Assembly: GCA_965197645.1 (NCBI GenBank)
Contig: OZ240219.1
Coordinates: 2,592,001 to 2,656,000 of the forward strand
Length of the DNA: 64,000 nucleotides
Reading direction: 5' to 3'
Source: Dehalococcoidia bacterium
Lineage (GTDB): Bacteria > Chloroflexota > Dehalococcoidia > Plut-88900
Shown: piece by piece, positions 1 through 9,760 of the stretch
How positions within the stretch are numbered: position 1 is the first letter of the stretch
Layout: each line of letters starts with the position of its first letter
Translations under genes and position numbers: made by a program
Notes under the pieces: generated by a model
What the model was told of the DNA's origin: nothing
What the model saw: only the letters and a program-made list of their open reading frames with translations
The model's database searches: none

Positions 1-63
1 GGCCCCATCTGCCCCAGTTGTTCAATCCGTTATCGGCCAACACTCACCTCCCCGAACTATGCG

Positions 64-1302
64 TTACACGAACCTCAGATCATATGGCGCCTGTGAGATG
101 ACCTCCGGACCATCGGCGTGGATGATCAGCTGCTCCTCCAGCTTCACCTGCTCCCGGCCTCCCTCACGCCCGAAGCTGGCCTCCATGCACATCACCATGT
201 TCTCCTGGATCTCCCCCGGGTAGTTCCCGAACCCTGTATCGCTGGTGTCGGTAAAGTAGAGGGCCGGCCACTCATCGGACATGCCCGCACCGTGGGCCAG
301 CACCACGTATCGGTTGGCCTTGTACTCGTCGGGCACCTCCGGCACCGCTTCCGCTATGTCCTGGAAAGCAGCTCCCGGCTTGAAGTACGGGATGGACGTG
401 TGGAGGAAATCGTAAGCCCGCTTGTAAGCGTCCATCTGCTCCTCGTTGGGCTTCCCGTCGCCGCACAGATAGGTCCTGGATACATCGGCGAAGTACCCGT
501 TGGGCCCGGCCATGTCCGTATCGATGCCCACCAGGTCGCCGGCCCTCACTATCCTGTCCGATGCCTCTCTCTTCAGCCACGGATTGGTGTTGCCGCCGGC
601 GGTCAGCAGCTTGCCGTCTATCCTTTCGCCTCCGTATTTCAGGTTGGTCTCCATCAGCACGCCGAACAGGTCCTCCTCGGTCACGCCAGGCTCCAGCGCC
701 TGCTGTATCTTCCACAGGGCCACATCGGCGACGGCACACGACTGGCGAATCAGAGCCAGTTCCTCCGGCGTCTTGATCGCCCGGGCCATCCCCAGCGGCT
801 CGACGGCATCGTCCAGGGCAATCTCCCGCTTCTGCAGGGCCAGGGTACTGATGGCATCTAGCCTATCTATCCCCAGCCGCTCTCCGCTCATTCCCAGCTC
901 CGCCAGCGCATCGTTCATAGTCTCCGCCCACCTCTCGGTGGCGTCCCTCATGTAGCTCCCCGTTTGCCAGAACTCGAAGGTGTGTACCCACCGGCAATCC
1001 ACATCCTCTCCCGCCACCGCTTCGTCAAAGGGGGTTCCCTGGTACAGGATGGGCTTACCTTCCCGGGGCACGAGGGCGTGTCGGTTCTTGTGCCGATACG
1101 CGAAGGCCTCCAGCATCCGCGTCCCGGTGGCGTATCTAATGTTCACCGGATCGAACAGGAGCAAGCCGCCCAGATCCGCCTTGGCGATCTCCTCCTGCAG
1201 CTTTGCGATCCGGTCCCGGCGGAGCCGCTTCATATCCACCCGTTCCTCGAAATCTACCACGTGGGTGCCGACTAGGTCTCTTTCATGCAGAGCTTTAACC
1301 AT
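64..1302 (-). CDS. M24 (Xaa-Pro) metallopeptidase-fold protein, DddP/creatinase-like
   Basis: Creatinase-type N-domain (LLFDPVNIRYATG) plus pita-bread metal ligands DTD..ADVSRT, HGAGMSDEWP, MEAS, VKLEEQ. Confidence 0.85.
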   Translation of the reverse strand: MVKALHERDLVGTHVVDFEERVDMKRLRRDRIAKLQEEIAKADLGGLLLFDPVNIRYATGTRMLEAFAYRHKNRHALVPREGKPILYQGTPFDEAVAGEDVDCRWVHTFEFWQTGSYMRDATERWAETMNDALAELGMSGERLGIDRLDAISTLALQKREIALDDAVEPLGMARAIKTPEELALIRQSCAVADVALWKIQQALEPGVTEEDLFGVLMETNLKYGGERIDGKLLTAGGNTNPWLKREASDRIVRAGDLVGIDTDMAGPNGYFADVSRTYLCGDGKPNEEQMDAYKRAYDFLHTSIPYFKPGAAFQDIAEAVPEVPDEYKANRYVVLAHGAGMSDEWPALYFTDTSDTGFGNYPGEIQENMVMCMEASFGREGGREQVKLEEQLIIHADGPEVISQAPYDLRFV

Positions 1303-1427
1303 GAGTGCGCCTCCCGGAGCGATTGAGTGAGAGCTTAGCCGACATTATAGTCCCCAGTACAATTCAGGTATACTAACATCCGCTTGGGCGAATCAGGCAG
1401 CAGCTTGGCTGAATCAGGGAGGTGATT

Positions 1428-2006
1428 ATGGCCAGCACCGTAGACCCCAATGAAGTGCGCGTGACCGGCGAAAACTCGTTCATCCAGCTGGGCCAGGAAG
1501 AAGGCGATGTCACCACCACGGCCAGCCACTGGCGGGTTCTGTTGTCGCCCGCCGGCCCCGGCCACGCCCTGTTCCTCATCAGCGAGCTGACGGACAACAA
1601 GATCGCGGTCTACTCCGACAACATCGCCTTGACCCGCTGGCTCCAAGAAGAGATAGAATCGATGATCAACCCGCCTTTCTCAGATACCGGACTGCCCGTC
1701 ATCGACGCTACCTTCGAGCGTGAGGGCGACGTTCGCTCCTACTCCACCGAGCTGGTCATCAGCAGGGACGCGGAGATATCGATTACCTGGTACGACTTCC
1801 TGGAACCCTTCGCCATTCACGCACCGCCGGGCACCAGGGGCCGCAATCACGGCGTATACAGCATCTTGATACCGGCTCAGCGGGCGCAGCTGGTGCTCAA
1901 TGGCGCATTCGCCGCCGGCCAGCCAAGGCGAGCCGACAGGGAAGACCATCCCTCCACCACCGCCTGCCTGGCATATTCCGAGTCGTGGGTAAGACCAAGG
2001 GACTAA
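1428..2006 (+). CDS. hypothetical protein
   Basis: GGAGGTG SD before ATG 1428; coding-like composition; divergent from the peptidase; no family recognised. Confidence 0.75.
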   Translation: MASTVDPNEVRVTGENSFIQLGQEEGDVTTTASHWRVLLSPAGPGHALFLISELTDNKIAVYSDNIALTRWLQEEIESMINPPFSDTGLPVIDATFEREGDVRSYSTELVISRDAEISITWYDFLEPFAIHAPPGTRGRNHGVYSILIPAQRAQLVLNGAFAAGQPRRADREDHPSTTACLAYSESWVRPRD

Positions 2007-2150
2007 GACACCCCGGCAACAACGGAATCGACCAGGGGGCTGTTAAGAAAGAAGACCAGCACGAGGAAGAGTGGGCCTCCACAGGCTCTCAGGATACGCC
2101 CTCAAATTCACAGGACCGTGTAGAGGGTGAAAAAACTGGAAGGAAGACGA

Positions 2151-2612
2151 ATGCTCACAAGACTGGACCACGTAGGCATAGTGGCCCGCTCCTGGGAGGA
2201 GTGCGAGGGCAATTTTACCGGCATGCTGGGCTTTCCCATCGAGGGCAGCCGTACCCCGATGCCCGAGGGCAGCTACATGGCCGCCGAAAACGTGCGAATC
2301 TACTTCTTCAGGGTCGGTGTGGGCGAAACCTTGATAGAAGTGCTGGTCCCCCTGGACGCGGTCTCCGGTACTGCCAAGTTTCTGGCGAGGCGGGGGCCGG
2401 GCATGCACCACCTGTGCTACTCGTCGGACGATCTGGCTGAGGACTCGCGCATCCTGCGAGAACGGGGCTACGCTCAGATAGACCTCACCCATGGCCGGAC
2501 CGACCTCAAAAAGGAGGCGGAAGGCGCCGCCTTCTACTACCCCAAGAGCGCGATGGGAATCCTGACCGAGGTCATACCCGACACCCCCACCCCCTGGACC
2601 AACCCCGGCTAG
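2151..2612 (+). CDS. VOC family protein (methylmalonyl-CoA epimerase-like)
   Basis: LDHVGIV, IEVLVP, KFLARRGPGMHHLCY, MGILTEV motifs; start taken at ATG 2151. Confidence 0.85.
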   Translation: MLTRLDHVGIVARSWEECEGNFTGMLGFPIEGSRTPMPEGSYMAAENVRIYFFRVGVGETLIEVLVPLDAVSGTAKFLARRGPGMHHLCYSSDDLAEDSRILRERGYAQIDLTHGRTDLKKEAEGAAFYYPKSAMGILTEVIPDTPTPWTNPG

Positions 2613-2661
2613 CTCCTTCGGTGGCCGGGTTGAGGTCTACCAGACCCGCAGCACCAATTCC

Positions 2662-3741
2662 CTAGTTCAGGTCGAAACCGTACAGCTCGGCGGCGTTGGT
2701 GCTGACTATCTTCTGCTTGTCCTCTTCCGAAACGCCTTCAAACTGCCTTCTGATCGCCTCGCGGGAGTGGGGCCACGTGCCTTCGTGATGCGGGTAGTCG
2801 TTGCCCCACAGAAGGCACTGGGGGCCGGTGAAATCGATGTTCGCCAAGCCTACACTGTCCTCGCCGAAGGTGGCGTACCCCTGGCGGCGGAAGTACTCGC
2901 TGGGCATCATGTCCAGCTTGGGCCGGGCATACATGTGATGCTTTTCGTAACCCTCGTCCATGGCGATCATCAGCCACGCTATCCACCCGATGCCGGACTC
3001 CACAGTGACCACCTTCGCATCGGGGTGGTTCATCAACACGCCGGACGAGCAGATGTAGGTCATTACCTCCAGCCCATCGATCAGCGCTCCCATGATGTAG
3101 TTGATCACCGCTCCTCCCGGGCCCCGCTCCACTCGCGGGTCCCGGCCGCTGCTGATGTGGAAGTTCAGAGCCAGTCCCGTCTCCTCGGCCGCCTCCCACA
3201 GCGGTTCGTACTCCGGCCGGTTGTAGGGCACCGTAGGCTGGCTGGCCAGGAACAGCGACCCCAGACCCATCTTCGCCGCGCGGCGAATCTCTGCGGCGCC
3301 AGCTTCAATGTCCAGCACGGGAATCAGCGCGGCCATGGCGAATCTATCCGGATGGGCGCCAAACACATCGGAGGCCCAGTCGTTGTACGCCTGGGCGGCA
3401 GCCAGCTGAAATCGAGCGTCGGGCGAGGCTGCAATGGACAGGCCGTGATGGGGATAGATCACTTCGGCCGCTACCCCATCCTGGTCCTGGGCTTTGATCC
3501 GATAGTCGGGGTCCCAACCGTCTACGTGGGCCTGTTCCCTGATTCTGTCCTCTTCGTCCATCTCACTCAGGTCCAGGTCCAGCTTGGTGGGGCGCAGCCC
3601 GTCCTGGACCAGCACTTTGCGACCGTTACGGATCTCCTCGTGAGGCGCTTTGTCCAGAAGATCGGCAGGCATCCGCTCCTTCCACAACGAAGGCGGTTCG
3701 CCCACGTGAGAGTCAGCTGAAATCAGTTTGTAGTCAGCCAT
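2662..3741 (-). CDS. amidohydrolase_2 family protein
   Basis: ISADSH, AYNDW, FH, VESGIGW, LWGNDYPH motifs. Confidence 0.9.
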   Translation of the reverse strand: MADYKLISADSHVGEPPSLWKERMPADLLDKAPHEEIRNGRKVLVQDGLRPTKLDLDLSEMDEEDRIREQAHVDGWDPDYRIKAQDQDGVAAEVIYPHHGLSIAASPDARFQLAAAQAYNDWASDVFGAHPDRFAMAALIPVLDIEAGAAEIRRAAKMGLGSLFLASQPTVPYNRPEYEPLWEAAEETGLALNFHISSGRDPRVERGPGGAVINYIMGALIDGLEVMTYICSSGVLMNHPDAKVVTVESGIGWIAWLMIAMDEGYEKHHMYARPKLDMMPSEYFRRQGYATFGEDSVGLANIDFTGPQCLLWGNDYPHHEGTWPHSREAIRRQFEGVSEEDKQKIVSTNAAELYGFDLN

Positions 3742-3787
3742 TTCGATGCCCCGTCCTTTCTAACGCTGGATTCCGTGTCCTTGCGGG

Positions 3788-5800
3788 TCAATCAACATGA
3801 TCGAGGGCCGGATCCTTCATGGCTCGCTCGACGAACCGGTCGGCGTCCTCTTCCAGGAGCAGCCGTTGTTCGACCAGCTTCTGCGCAGCCAGCGATACCA
3901 GCCTCACGTAGTGCGCCCGCGAGCGGTACCGCTCCTCGATGGACGGCCGCGGGTCTCCCTTATTTAGCCGCTCTTCGCGCGTCTTGGCGAAGGGATGGTA
4001 GCTGCCGTAGACCGCGGCCATAGCGTCGTCCACCGTGCCCGGAGGCCTGAAGTTCCAGCCGGAATAGGTGGCCAGCGGGACCTCCAGCTCGGGGCCCCTT
4101 ATGCCGGGCACATCGTTTCCGTCCGAGTCCACCTGGGGCACAAGGACCGTGTACTCCCGGCCCTTGTCCTCCACCGGCGGCTCCACCGAGAGCACTCCTT
4201 TATCAAAGTCAGGGCCGTGGTCCTGTACGAAGACCCGGTTAGGTTCCACCGGCGGCTTGACCCCGGGGATGGATGGGAATCCTGCGTTGGAGACGTCTGC
4301 CGGAACGGAGGTCTCCTCCTCCCTGGTCGGGACCCGGCTGTCGGGTGGTGGCGCGCCCCTGGTAACCCAGTCGTCCAGGTTGTCCTGCATCGCCCTGAGC
4401 AGTCCGGACACGTTGAGCGGGTTGGTCGGGTGTTTGAAGAGTCCGTAGGCCGCCCCATCGATGTGGTCCGGGCTGTGCTCCGCCGAAGAGAACAGGAATA
4501 TCCTGGATCTCTCGTGGTCGGGCAGATCGTCGCCCATCGGATCGGTGTGGGCCAGCGACCCGCGGCGCTGCCAGTACTCCGATGACGACTGAGTATGAAG
4601 CACGAGGGGGTCGGTTTCGGGCCGCTTGAGAATGCCGTCCGTTTTGTTGGTCAGGGGATCGGTGATGGTCCGGTAGGCATGGGGGAACTGGTCAGAGGGG
4701 TACAGGTGGTCATACTGCTGCCGGGGATACCGGCCCGGCTGGGAGAAACGATAGTTGACGAAGACCCGGCCCCCACCGGATACGAAAGGAGATAGGCCGG
4801 CGAAGACCTGCCGACCTGCTGCGTCCTCGTTGAAGCCCCTGTAGACGAACTCTCGCAGGAACCGGGCGCTCTGGGAGCAACCCCATCCGTACGCCTTCTC
4901 GATCCCGGCGCCGTTGTCCTTAACCGGGTTGGGCCTTCCATCGTCGTCCGCTCTGGAGTTGATCAGGAACGATATCAGGTCCCTGACCCCGGTGAACCCC
5001 AGCCCCATCACCAGCGGGTCCTTGGCCGTGTAGATCAGCTCGTAGATCCACCCCAGATTGAGACCTGCGGGCAGATAGCAGTCGGTGGACGAAGGGGCCG
5101 GAACGCCTGTATCGTCCAGCTTGGCGAACTGCCACTCGTCCGATGGGATGGGAATTCGAGGGTCGGTCTCGTACTTCCGGTAGGTAAAGGTGGCCTGGGA
5201 GGTGTCCATTGAGACCGTTTCATAGCTCAGGGTGTACGGGTTGCCGCTCAGCGGGACCGAGTAGATGCCCGCTTCGCCGTCTATCTTGGTGACCATGTCC
5301 CCGGGCGCAAACTCGGTGCGTACAAGTCCGGTGATAGGCTCCCCGTTCTTCGAGGCAACCGGCAGCCTCATCGCCATTCGGTCCTGCCCGGCCGCTATGT
5401 TCCCCTGCCAGCCTGACCAGAGCACCGTGTAGCCCCGACGCATGAGAAAGCCGTTGCCTGCGTGGTCCGGGGTGACGGGATCGTCGATCTGCGGAGCATC
5501 GTTCAGGAAGTGGACCAGCAGCTTGGTGCCCCGGTTGTTGACATCGTACACCAGGCGACGGTTGCCCCTGGCTATGTCCGCCGGTTTCAGCATGAAGAAG
5601 TCCGTCGAGAACTCCACCAGCCCGTCCTCGTTCCGTGGCGCGTACTCGATATCGACTACGTTTTGATACGCCGGAGCGTCCGGGTCCACGGCAAAGGAGA
5701 CCTGTCCGGCGACCCGCTCATAGGGCCCCACGTCGCCGAACTCCATGCCGTCGGCGAAGGGCTCTTGAGTATCTATTTGCAAACTGATCTGTGTGTCCAT
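3788..5800 (-). CDS. alpha/beta hydrolase domain protein (Abhydrolase_10-like)
   Basis: FGDVGPYE, DVNNRG, WSGWQG, nucleophile elbow GCSQSARFLR, SEYWQR, VDSDGN. Confidence 0.85.
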   Translation of the reverse strand: MDTQISLQIDTQEPFADGMEFGDVGPYERVAGQVSFAVDPDAPAYQNVVDIEYAPRNEDGLVEFSTDFFMLKPADIARGNRRLVYDVNNRGTKLLVHFLNDAPQIDDPVTPDHAGNGFLMRRGYTVLWSGWQGNIAAGQDRMAMRLPVASKNGEPITGLVRTEFAPGDMVTKIDGEAGIYSVPLSGNPYTLSYETVSMDTSQATFTYRKYETDPRIPIPSDEWQFAKLDDTGVPAPSSTDCYLPAGLNLGWIYELIYTAKDPLVMGLGFTGVRDLISFLINSRADDDGRPNPVKDNGAGIEKAYGWGCSQSARFLREFVYRGFNEDAAGRQVFAGLSPFVSGGGRVFVNYRFSQPGRYPRQQYDHLYPSDQFPHAYRTITDPLTNKTDGILKRPETDPLVLHTQSSSEYWQRRGSLAHTDPMGDDLPDHERSRIFLFSSAEHSPDHIDGAAYGLFKHPTNPLNVSGLLRAMQDNLDDWVTRGAPPPDSRVPTREEETSVPADVSNAGFPSIPGVKPPVEPNRVFVQDHGPDFDKGVLSVEPPVEDKGREYTVLVPQVDSDGNDVPGIRGPELEVPLATYSGWNFRPPGTVDDAMAAVYGSYHPFAKTREERLNKGDPRPSIEERYRSRAHYVRLVSLAAQKLVEQRLLLEEDADRFVERAMKDPALDHVD

Positions 5801-5819
5801 TACCGCCTCCGCCTGCGAG

Positions 5820-7022
5820 CTAAACTACACCTTCAGTCTCAAGCGCTTTCACCTCGTCCTGCGAGTATCCAAGTATGTTGCACAGCTTCTCGGCCGTGTG
5901 TTGCCCCAACAACGGCGCCGCTTTCACCGTGAGAGAGGACTCGGACATCTTGATAGGTGAACCGGGCAGGGTGAACTTGCCTATGGCCGGATGATCGATG
6001 GTGGTGATCATCCCCCTCTCGATGAGGTGGGGGTCGGAGTGTATCTCCTTGGCGTTGAGGCATGCGCCCGTCGGCACGCCGGCCTCCCCCAGGATACGCA
6101 TCACCTCGTGCTTGGTGCGCTGCATCGTCCACCCTTCGATGATGGGGTCGACCTCATCTCTATGCTCGAACCGGAGCTCGGACGTGGCGTACTTTTCGTT
6201 GCCGATCAGGTCCTCCCTGCCTATCCCCGTGAGCAGCGCCTGCCAGTGGTTGGACGGGGGCTCGCTGGCGAAGATATAGGCGTAATCGTCGGGACCTCCC
6301 GGTGCGCACTTGTAGAGCCTGGCAGGACAGACACCTGTTATCTGGTTTCCCGAGCGTTTTTCGGCATCCGGGTCGTCGTAGTAGCCCATCATTCCGACGC
6401 GGGAAAAGTTGACTATAGCTTCCTGCATCGCCACTTCGATTACCTGGCCCTTGCCTGTTTTCTCTCGCTGGTACAGCGCCGCTGTCACACCTAACGCGGC
6501 ATGGTACCCGGTGCCGATGTCGCCTATGGTCACGCCGATGGGGAGGGGCGGGCCATCTGGGTAGCCGTTGACGCTGTAGGACCCGCCGGTCGCCTGGGCT
6601 ATCATGTCGAAGGCCTTGTACCCGCTGTAGGGCCCCCAGGTACCGAAGCCTTTCACACGCGCCAGGATGATCCTCGGGTTGATCTCCGAGAGTACGTCGT
6701 AGCCCAGCCCCAGTCGCTCTAGGGTGCCCGGCCCCTGGTTCTCGGCAACGACGTCCGACTTCCGGACCAGGTCAAAGAAGATCTCCTTGCCCTTCTCTGT
6801 CTTGAGGTTGAGGCCCATGCTGTACTTGTTGCAGTTGAGAATGATGAAATAGTAGCTGTCCGCGCCCTCCTGCAGAGACCCGGCCCGCCCCGGATCGCCC
6901 CGACCCGGCGGCTCGATCTTGATCACCTCGGCGCCCAGCCAGGCCAGGGCCTGGGTACAGGTGGGCCCGGCTTCGAACTGGGTAAGGTCCAGTACTCTTA
7001 CATCGTCGAGGGCCTGTGCCAT
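5820..7022 (-). CDS. class III CoA-transferase (CaiB/BaiF, formyl-CoA transferase-like)
   Basis: VLDLTQFEAGP, LGAEVIKIE, catalytic Asp in IGDIGTG, APLLGQH. Confidence 0.92.
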   Translation of the reverse strand: MAQALDDVRVLDLTQFEAGPTCTQALAWLGAEVIKIEPPGRGDPGRAGSLQEGADSYYFIILNCNKYSMGLNLKTEKGKEIFFDLVRKSDVVAENQGPGTLERLGLGYDVLSEINPRIILARVKGFGTWGPYSGYKAFDMIAQATGGSYSVNGYPDGPPLPIGVTIGDIGTGYHAALGVTAALYQREKTGKGQVIEVAMQEAIVNFSRVGMMGYYDDPDAEKRSGNQITGVCPARLYKCAPGGPDDYAYIFASEPPSNHWQALLTGIGREDLIGNEKYATSELRFEHRDEVDPIIEGWTMQRTKHEVMRILGEAGVPTGACLNAKEIHSDPHLIERGMITTIDHPAIGKFTLPGSPIKMSESSLTVKAAPLLGQHTAEKLCNILGYSQDEVKALETEGVV

Positions 7023-7061
7023 GCTCGGTCTCCCTTCGTCTCCAGGAGGGGGTCTACGTCC

Positions 7062-8348
7062 TCAATCGGCGGAGGAGAGGGACTGTCCTCTCTTAGAGCG
7101 GGCCCCCAGGTACTCCAGCAGGTCCCTACCGTCGGGCGGCCACTGCTCTACCTGCTTGCCGAACTTCCTCAACAGCACCGGGTAGGAGTCCACAGGCATG
7201 TTGGATACAGGCTCCGCGACGGGTGAGACCCGGGCCATCGCCGCGTCGATGTAGGGGGCCAGCTCCTCGGCCTTACGCCTTTCCCGCTCCTCTTGCCGCT
7301 CCTTGAACCCCGGCGATACCCGGTCGGCGAACAGCTCCAGGGACTCGCATATATGGTCGTGTTGGTTGTTGCCTGCCTGCTGAATGAACACCACCTGGTC
7401 CACACCCGCCTCTTCGTACTTCTCCAGATTCTTGCGGACGTGGTCCGGGTCTCCAATGGCGGTGGTAGGCTCTCTCTCCTCGGTCCGGTGGGCCTGGAAG
7501 TCCTCCCATATGTTGAACTCCCCAGGCATGTGGGTGCCAGTGATGTAGTAGTGACTGAGGGCGTAGGCGAAGAACTGGAAACCCTCCAGTCCCCGTTTCA
7601 CCGCCGTATCCGAGTCCTCGTGACACATGAAGCCAGTGACCATGGCAATGTTGGGATTGACCGCCTGTCCAACGGGGCGGCACTCCTCTTTGAAGATGGT
7701 GTAATACTCGTCCACCCAGTGCTTCGCCTCCTCCGGATCGATGAAGGCGAAGCACAATGCCCCCATGCCCAGCTGGGCCGCGACCTTGATGGTATCTCTG
7801 TTGGAGCAGGCTACCCACAGGGGCGGATGAGGCTTCTGCACCGGCTTGGGTTTCACGTTTCGGGGCGGCATGGAGAAATAGTCCCCCTCGAAGCCCGGGT
7901 ATGGTTCGGAGCACATCATCTTGGCCGTCTCTCCCACGGTCTCCAGCCACATTTGCCTCTTCTGCTCGGCGTCCACACCGAACCCCTCCAGCTCGATGCG
8001 GGAGCTCGATTCTCCCGTGCCCCACTCGACCCGGCCATCGCTCACCAGGTCCAGCGTAGCTATGCGTTCAGCCACCCGGGCAGGGTGGTTGTAGCCCGGC
8101 GGCATCAGCACGATACCGTGGCCCAGTCTAATGTTCTTGGTGCGCTGGCTGCATGCCGCTAGGAAAACCTCGGGCGCCGAGGAATGGGAGTACTCCTCCA
8201 GGAAGTGGTGCTCCACCTCCCACGCATACTCAATGCCCAACCGGTCCGCCAGCTCCACCTGCTCCAGGGCTTCCTTGTAGAGCCGGTGCTCATCTCCATC
8301 TCCCCAGGGCCTGGGAATCTGGTGTTCGTAGAATATTCCAAATTGCAC
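7062..8348 (-). CDS. LLM class flavin-dependent oxidoreductase
   Basis: FGIFYEHQ, WEVEHHF, HPARVAERIATLDLVSDGRVEWGTG, PKPVQKPHPP; GTG start. Confidence 0.92.
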   Translation of the reverse strand: MQFGIFYEHQIPRPWGDGDEHRLYKEALEQVELADRLGIEYAWEVEHHFLEEYSHSSAPEVFLAACSQRTKNIRLGHGIVLMPPGYNHPARVAERIATLDLVSDGRVEWGTGESSSRIELEGFGVDAEQKRQMWLETVGETAKMMCSEPYPGFEGDYFSMPPRNVKPKPVQKPHPPLWVACSNRDTIKVAAQLGMGALCFAFIDPEEAKHWVDEYYTIFKEECRPVGQAVNPNIAMVTGFMCHEDSDTAVKRGLEGFQFFAYALSHYYITGTHMPGEFNIWEDFQAHRTEEREPTTAIGDPDHVRKNLEKYEEAGVDQVVFIQQAGNNQHDHICESLELFADRVSPGFKERQEERERRKAEELAPYIDAAMARVSPVAEPVSNMPVDSYPVLLRKFGKQVEQWPPDGRDLLEYLGARSKRGQSLSSAD

Positions 8349-8381
8349 TATATGTTCCTCGCGGGGTGTCGGATGTTCCCG

Positions 8382-8410
8382 ATTCTAGCGGCCCCGATAG
8401 TAACCGTCAA
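8382..8410 (-). promoter_or_regulatory. sigma70-type promoter for LLM / CoA-transferase / hydrolase genes
   Basis: Minus strand TTGACG-17 bp-TAGAAT. Confidence 0.65.
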
Positions 8411-8445
8411 TCGAAACAACGGAGTCCCTACGATGCGATGTTATC

Positions 8446-8474
8446 TTGACTTGACCATATACGGATAGTAGCAT
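8446..8474 (+). promoter_or_regulatory. sigma70-type promoter for the CoA-transferase pair
   Basis: TTGACT-17 bp-TAGCAT, back-to-back with the divergent promoter. Confidence 0.6.
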
Positions 8475-8545
8475 TCGCCAATCCCTGACGGACTCCGGCA
8501 CGGCCCGCTATGACCAGATTGCACGTGGGAAAGAAGGCGTAACGC

Positions 8546-9760
8546 ATGCCTCCTCCATTGGACGGGTTAAGGGTGCTGGACCTCAGCACCGGCATAGCCG
8601 GGCCCTATGCCACCAAGCTCCTGGCCGATTACGGCGCTCGGGTCATCAAGGCCGAGAAGACAGGCGTCGGAGACCCCACCCGAAACGAGCCCCCCTTCCC
8701 CAACGATGTTCCCGATCGAGAAAAGAGCGGCCTGTTCCTTTTCTTGAACACCGGTAAGGAAAGCATCACCCTGGACCTGGAGTCCGCCGGCGGTCGGGAC
8801 CTGTTGCTCCGCCTAGTCGGCGAGGTAGATGTTCTGCTGGAGAGCCATCCCCCTTCGAAGTCCGAAGCCTTGGGCCTGACCTACGACCATCTCTCCGAAT
8901 ACAACCCGGCTCTCGTCGTAGCCTCCGTCACCGACTTTGGTAGAGAAGGGCCAAGTCGGGACCATAGGCTTACCGATCTAACCGCGTTCGCCGCCAGCGG
9001 ATTCATGTATTCCATGGGTGACGCCGATAGGCCTCCTGTACGACCCGGCGGCCCCTTCGCCGGCTTCATCACGGGCCAGCTGGCCTGCTTCGCCAGCCTG
9101 ACGGCCTATCTGGAGTCCCTGGGAAGCGGGCTGGGCCAACAGGTGGACGTATCCGTGCTGGAGGCCGTCGCCTCCGCGGTAATCTACGAGGTGCCTGCCT
9201 TCTCCATGTCCAAACAGACGCGCAAGCGCCATGGCAACTGGTTTCACGAGGAGGCCGGCATAACCATCTCGATACAACCCACCCGGGACGGCCATATCGG
9301 CCTAACCGTCGGCAGCGGCTACGAACGGTGGCGCGTCCTCTGGGAGACGTTGCTCGGCAGGCGCGAGGTACTGGAGGACGATCGATTCTTGGGTGTGAAC
9401 GGGCACAAGGACCATGGCAGGGAATTGGAGGAGAAAGTCCAGAAGGCCCTGAAAGAGCGCACCTCCGAGGAGTGGTTCCACGATGCACAGGCCCTCCGTC
9501 TCCTCTTTGGCAACGTCATGTCGATGGAGGACCTGTTCCACTGCGAGCACCTGCGGGAGAGAGGCTATTTCCAGCAGGTCGACCACCCGGTTCTCGGCTC
9601 CATTGAGTTGCCCGGCTTCCCCTTGACGTTCAGCGAGACGCCCCACGAAGGTTTGAAGCCCTCGCCCACGCTGGGCCAGCACAATCAACAAGTCTACTCC
9701 GAGCTATTGGGACTGCAATCCGACCAGCTACGGCAGCTCGCCGCCGAAGGAGTCATTTGA
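8546..9760 (+). CDS. class III CoA-transferase subunit (BbsE-like, catalytic Asp absent)
   Basis: VLDLSTGIAGP, LFLFLNTGK, SPTLGQHN; the Asp position reads PFAGFITG. Confidence 0.9.
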   Translation: MPPPLDGLRVLDLSTGIAGPYATKLLADYGARVIKAEKTGVGDPTRNEPPFPNDVPDREKSGLFLFLNTGKESITLDLESAGGRDLLLRLVGEVDVLLESHPPSKSEALGLTYDHLSEYNPALVVASVTDFGREGPSRDHRLTDLTAFAASGFMYSMGDADRPPVRPGGPFAGFITGQLACFASLTAYLESLGSGLGQQVDVSVLEAVASAVIYEVPAFSMSKQTRKRHGNWFHEEAGITISIQPTRDGHIGLTVGSGYERWRVLWETLLGRREVLEDDRFLGVNGHKDHGRELEEKVQKALKERTSEEWFHDAQALRLLFGNVMSMEDLFHCEHLRERGYFQQVDHPVLGSIELPGFPLTFSETPHEGLKPSPTLGQHNQQVYSELLGLQSDQLRQLAAEGVI

